DNA from: Candidatus Arsenophonus melophagi
GTDB taxonomy: Bacteria > Pseudomonadota > Gammaproteobacteria > Enterobacterales > Enterobacteriaceae
DNA length: 64,000 nt
Assembly: GCA_032378655.1 (NCBI GenBank)
Contig: JAVYJS010000006.1
Span: forward strand, 13,685 to 77,684
Direction of reading: 5' to 3'
Under the pieces are notes generated by a model. It was given only the letters and a program-made list of their open reading frames with translations, ran no database searches and was not told the origin of the DNA. Shown one piece after another: positions 59,339 through 64,000 of this stretch (position 1 is the stretch's first letter; each line of letters starts with the position of its first letter). A program made the position numbers and the translations under genes.

Positions 59339-60223
59339 ATGTCAATTTTAATTGATAAAAATACTAAAGTTATTTGTCAAGGTTTTACAGGTAGTCAAGG
59401 CACTTTTCACTCAGAACAAGCAATTGCTTATGGAACAAAAATGGTAGGCGGTGTAACGCCAGGTAAGGGCGGCACACAACACTTAGGATTACCAGTTTTT
59501 AATACGGTACGAGAAGCAGTATTAAAAACTGGCGCTACTGTATCGGTAATCTATGTGCCTGCGAGATTCTGTAAAGATTCTATCATTGAAGCAATAAATG
59601 GTGGCATCAAACTAATTATTACAATCACAGAAGGAATTCCTACATTAGATATGATAACAGTAAAAGCAAAGCTAGATGAAACTAATGTAAGAATGATAGG
59701 GCCAAACTGTCCAGGTATTATTACTCCAAGTGAATGTAAAATTGGTATTCAACCAGGTCATATCCACAAACCGGGGAAAATCGGTGTTGTATCGCGCTCT
59801 GGAACATTAACTTATGAAGCAGTTAAGCAGATCACAGATGTAGGTTTAGGGCAATCGACTTGTGTTGGTATTGGTGGCGATTCTATTCCTGGATCAAATT
59901 TTGTTGATATCTTGAAATTGTTTCAAGAAGATCAACAAACTGAAGCTATCGTTATGATAGGTGAAATTGGTGGAGCAGCGGAAGAAGAAGCAGCAATTTA
60001 TATTAAAAAACATATCACAAAACCAATTATTGCTTATATTGCTGGTGTGACAGCACCAAAAGGTAAGCGTATGGGACATGCTGGAGCCCTCATTGCAGGA
60101 GGGCAAGGTGCAGTAGATAAAAAATTGATTGCTTTGGAAGAGGCAGGAGTAAAAACCGTTCATAGCTTATCTTTGATTGGAGAAGCAGTACAAGTAATAC
60201 AGAAATTAGTAATTCGTAATTAG
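59339..60223 (+). CDS. sucD: Succinate--CoA ligase [ADP-forming] alpha subunit
   Basis: The motifs are [38 protein letters not shown] and the active-site His in MGHAGA. Confidence 0.97.
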   Translation: MSILIDKNTKVICQGFTGSQGTFHSEQAIAYGTKMVGGVTPGKGGTQHLGLPVFNTVREAVLKTGATVSVIYVPARFCKDSIIEAINGGIKLIITITEGIPTLDMITVKAKLDETNVRMIGPNCPGIITPSECKIGIQPGHIHKPGKIGVVSRSGTLTYEAVKQITDVGLGQSTCVGIGGDSIPGSNFVDILKLFQEDQQTEAIVMIGEIGGAAEEEAAIYIKKHITKPIIAYIAGVTAPKGKRMGHAGALIAGGQGAVDKKLIALEEAGVKTVHSLSLIGEAVQVIQKLVIRN

Positions 60224-60357
60224 TAATTACGTGATTCAGGTAATAATTACAAGCTGCTATCTATAGTTATTGTAACTTATCTAATTTATTATTTAACTTC
60301 AATAATATCTTGTATTCACGTTATGTTGTAATCCTTGATATTACTTATCTTCTCAGA

Positions 60358-60400
60358 AAAGCTCTCTCAAAGAGCAGAAACAGCTCTTTGAGAGAGCTTT
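60358..60400 (+). terminator. Candidate terminator of the sdh-suc operon (18-bp perfect stem, 7-nt loop)
   Basis: aaagctctctcaaagagc-agaaaca-gctctttgagagagcttt lies 135 nt after the sucD stop. The A-run/T-run is built into the stem base, and gactttt follows. Confidence 0.45.
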
Positions 60401-60547
60401 GACTTTTAAAACCATTACCTTGAGTTTCATCTGTGCTGACTGTTTAAGCACTGTACTGACTATGTATTTCGTTCAATAATAGAGGATTTCTTCTATACTT
60501 ATTATGTACGGTAAATTTTTATCGTTCTTTTAAGAAAGAACAGTATT

Positions 60548-60586
60548 GAATCTCTAGTATTCAAGTACCTTGAATACTAGAGATTC
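60548..60586. repeat. Perfect hairpin, 18-bp stem, 3-nt loop
   Basis: gaatctctagtattcaag-tac-cttgaatactagagattc, 139 bp upstream of the asd start. Confidence 0.93.
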
Positions 60587-60724
60587 TTTAATCAAAGAAT
60601 CTTTAAGTTTATAAAAATAAATAGTTTGCATACATAGCAGAAATCTTTTTAATTTGAGATCATTGCTTATAAGTTAATAAGCAACTTGACTGAAGTGTTA
60701 AAATGCATATTGGATATAACAAAA

Positions 60725-61840
60725 ATGAAAAATATTGGATTTATTGGGTGGCGCGGCATGGTTGGTTCGGTACTAATGCAACGTATGCATGAAGAGGGTG
60801 ATTTTGATAATATTAATGCTATTTTTTTTACCCCATCACAATATGGTGAGGTGGCGCCAAACTATGGACAACAGCAAAGAATATTGCAAAATGCTTTTGA
60901 TTTAGATGCTCTCAAGGAATTAGAGGTAATCATTAGTTGTCATGGAGGTCTATATACTAATCAAGTTTATCCTAAACTACGTGCTATTGGTTGGTCAGGT
61001 TATTGGATAGATGCGGCATCTTCGTTACGTATGAAGCCAGAGAGTATTATTATACTGGATCCTGTTAATCGCCAACATATTGATAATGGTTTAAATAAAG
61101 GAATTAAAACCTTTGTTGGTGGAAATTGTACTGTTAGTTTAATGTTAATGGCATTAGCTGGTTTATTTTGTGAAAACTTGATTGAGTGGATTTCAGTAGT
61201 AACGTATCAGGCAGCTTCTGGTGCAGGATCGCGTAATATGCGTGAATTATTACTGCAAATGGATGAGTTACACTCACAAGTTGCTGATGAATTGCAAAAT
61301 CCTTCAGCGGCGATTTTATCGATCGAGAAAAAAGTGACTGATTTTACTCTGAGCGGAAAAATGAATACAGCAGTCATTGGCGCGCCATTAGCTGGCAGTT
61401 TGATTCCATGGATAGATAAGCAGCTAGCTAACGGTCAAAGCCGTGAGGAATGGAAAGGTCAGGCTGAAACTAACAAAATATTGAATAATATTAGCAATAT
61501 TATTCCTATAGATGGTTTATGTGTTCGTATTGGTGCATTACGATGTCATAGCCAAGCATTTACTATAAAATTAAAAAAAAATATTTCTATTGTGGATGTT
61601 GAGCAAATTATAGATTCCCATAATGAATGGGTTCGTGTTATTCCGAATGAACGTGAATTAACTATTCACGAGTTAACTCCTGCGGCAGTGACTGGAACTT
61701 TAAATATTCCGATTGGTCGTTTACGTAAATTAAATATGGGGCCAAAGTATTTATCTGCTTTTACGGTAGGTGATCAGCTATTATGGGGAGCAGCAGAGCC
61801 GCTACGTCGGATGTTAAAAATCCTAGAAAAAGCTATCTAA
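60725..61840 (+). CDS. asd: Aspartate-semialdehyde dehydrogenase
   Basis: [21 protein letters not shown] aligns with E. coli [21 protein letters not shown]. The active-site Cys is in [30 protein letters not shown] and [15 protein letters not shown] are present. The track ORF begins at an upstream TTG (60686). Confidence 0.96.
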   Translation: MKNIGFIGWRGMVGSVLMQRMHEEGDFDNINAIFFTPSQYGEVAPNYGQQQRILQNAFDLDALKELEVIISCHGGLYTNQVYPKLRAIGWSGYWIDAASSLRMKPESIIILDPVNRQHIDNGLNKGIKTFVGGNCTVSLMLMALAGLFCENLIEWISVVTYQAASGAGSRNMRELLLQMDELHSQVADELQNPSAAILSIEKKVTDFTLSGKMNTAVIGAPLAGSLIPWIDKQLANGQSREEWKGQAETNKILNNISNIIPIDGLCVRIGALRCHSQAFTIKLKKNISIVDVEQIIDSHNEWVRVIPNERELTIHELTPAAVTGTLNIPIGRLRKLNMGPKYLSAFTVGDQLLWGAAEPLRRMLKILEKAI

Positions 61841-61857
61841 AAAAATAGTATCAAGAA

Positions 61858-64000
<2,143 letters not shown>

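Overview
This 64-kb window comes from an AT-rich genome (about 35% GC in genes and 23-25% in spacers, judged by eye). By inference it is a reduced gammaproteobacterial, Enterobacterales-like genome, most plausibly an insect endosymbiont midway through genome erosion.

I recognise 37 housekeeping genes, two of them cut by the window edges. All have clear E. coli orthologues and sit in blocks collinear with E. coli K-12:
- guaA
- aroH, sufABCDSE, pykF, sodB, grxD, rnt, pdxH, tyrS
- dusA, dnaB, alr, uvrA, ssb, yjcE
- a DedA-family gene, then rmuC, ubiE, ubiJ, ubiB, ubiD, fre
- sdhCDAB-sucABCD
- asd
- gyrB

By my hand sum only about 63% of the window is coding. The other ~23 kb is ORF-free desert in spacers of 0.9-4.5 kb. 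These lie exactly where E. coli carries dispensable genes, which points to in-situ gene decay rather than foreign insertions.

I found no rRNA or tRNA genes, IS elements, prophage, CRISPR array, defence island or orphan protein-coding system. The standard genetic code is in use.

The one strong signal that gene annotation does not explain is in the noncoding DNA. It carries more than 35 long, perfect, sequence-unique inverted repeats, with stems of 12-27 bp and short loops. They often occur in clusters, alongside a few perfect short tandem duplications. That is far more than chance allows, and they do not behave like a repeat family or like ordinary terminators. This is the candidate undescribed feature; everything else is conventional.
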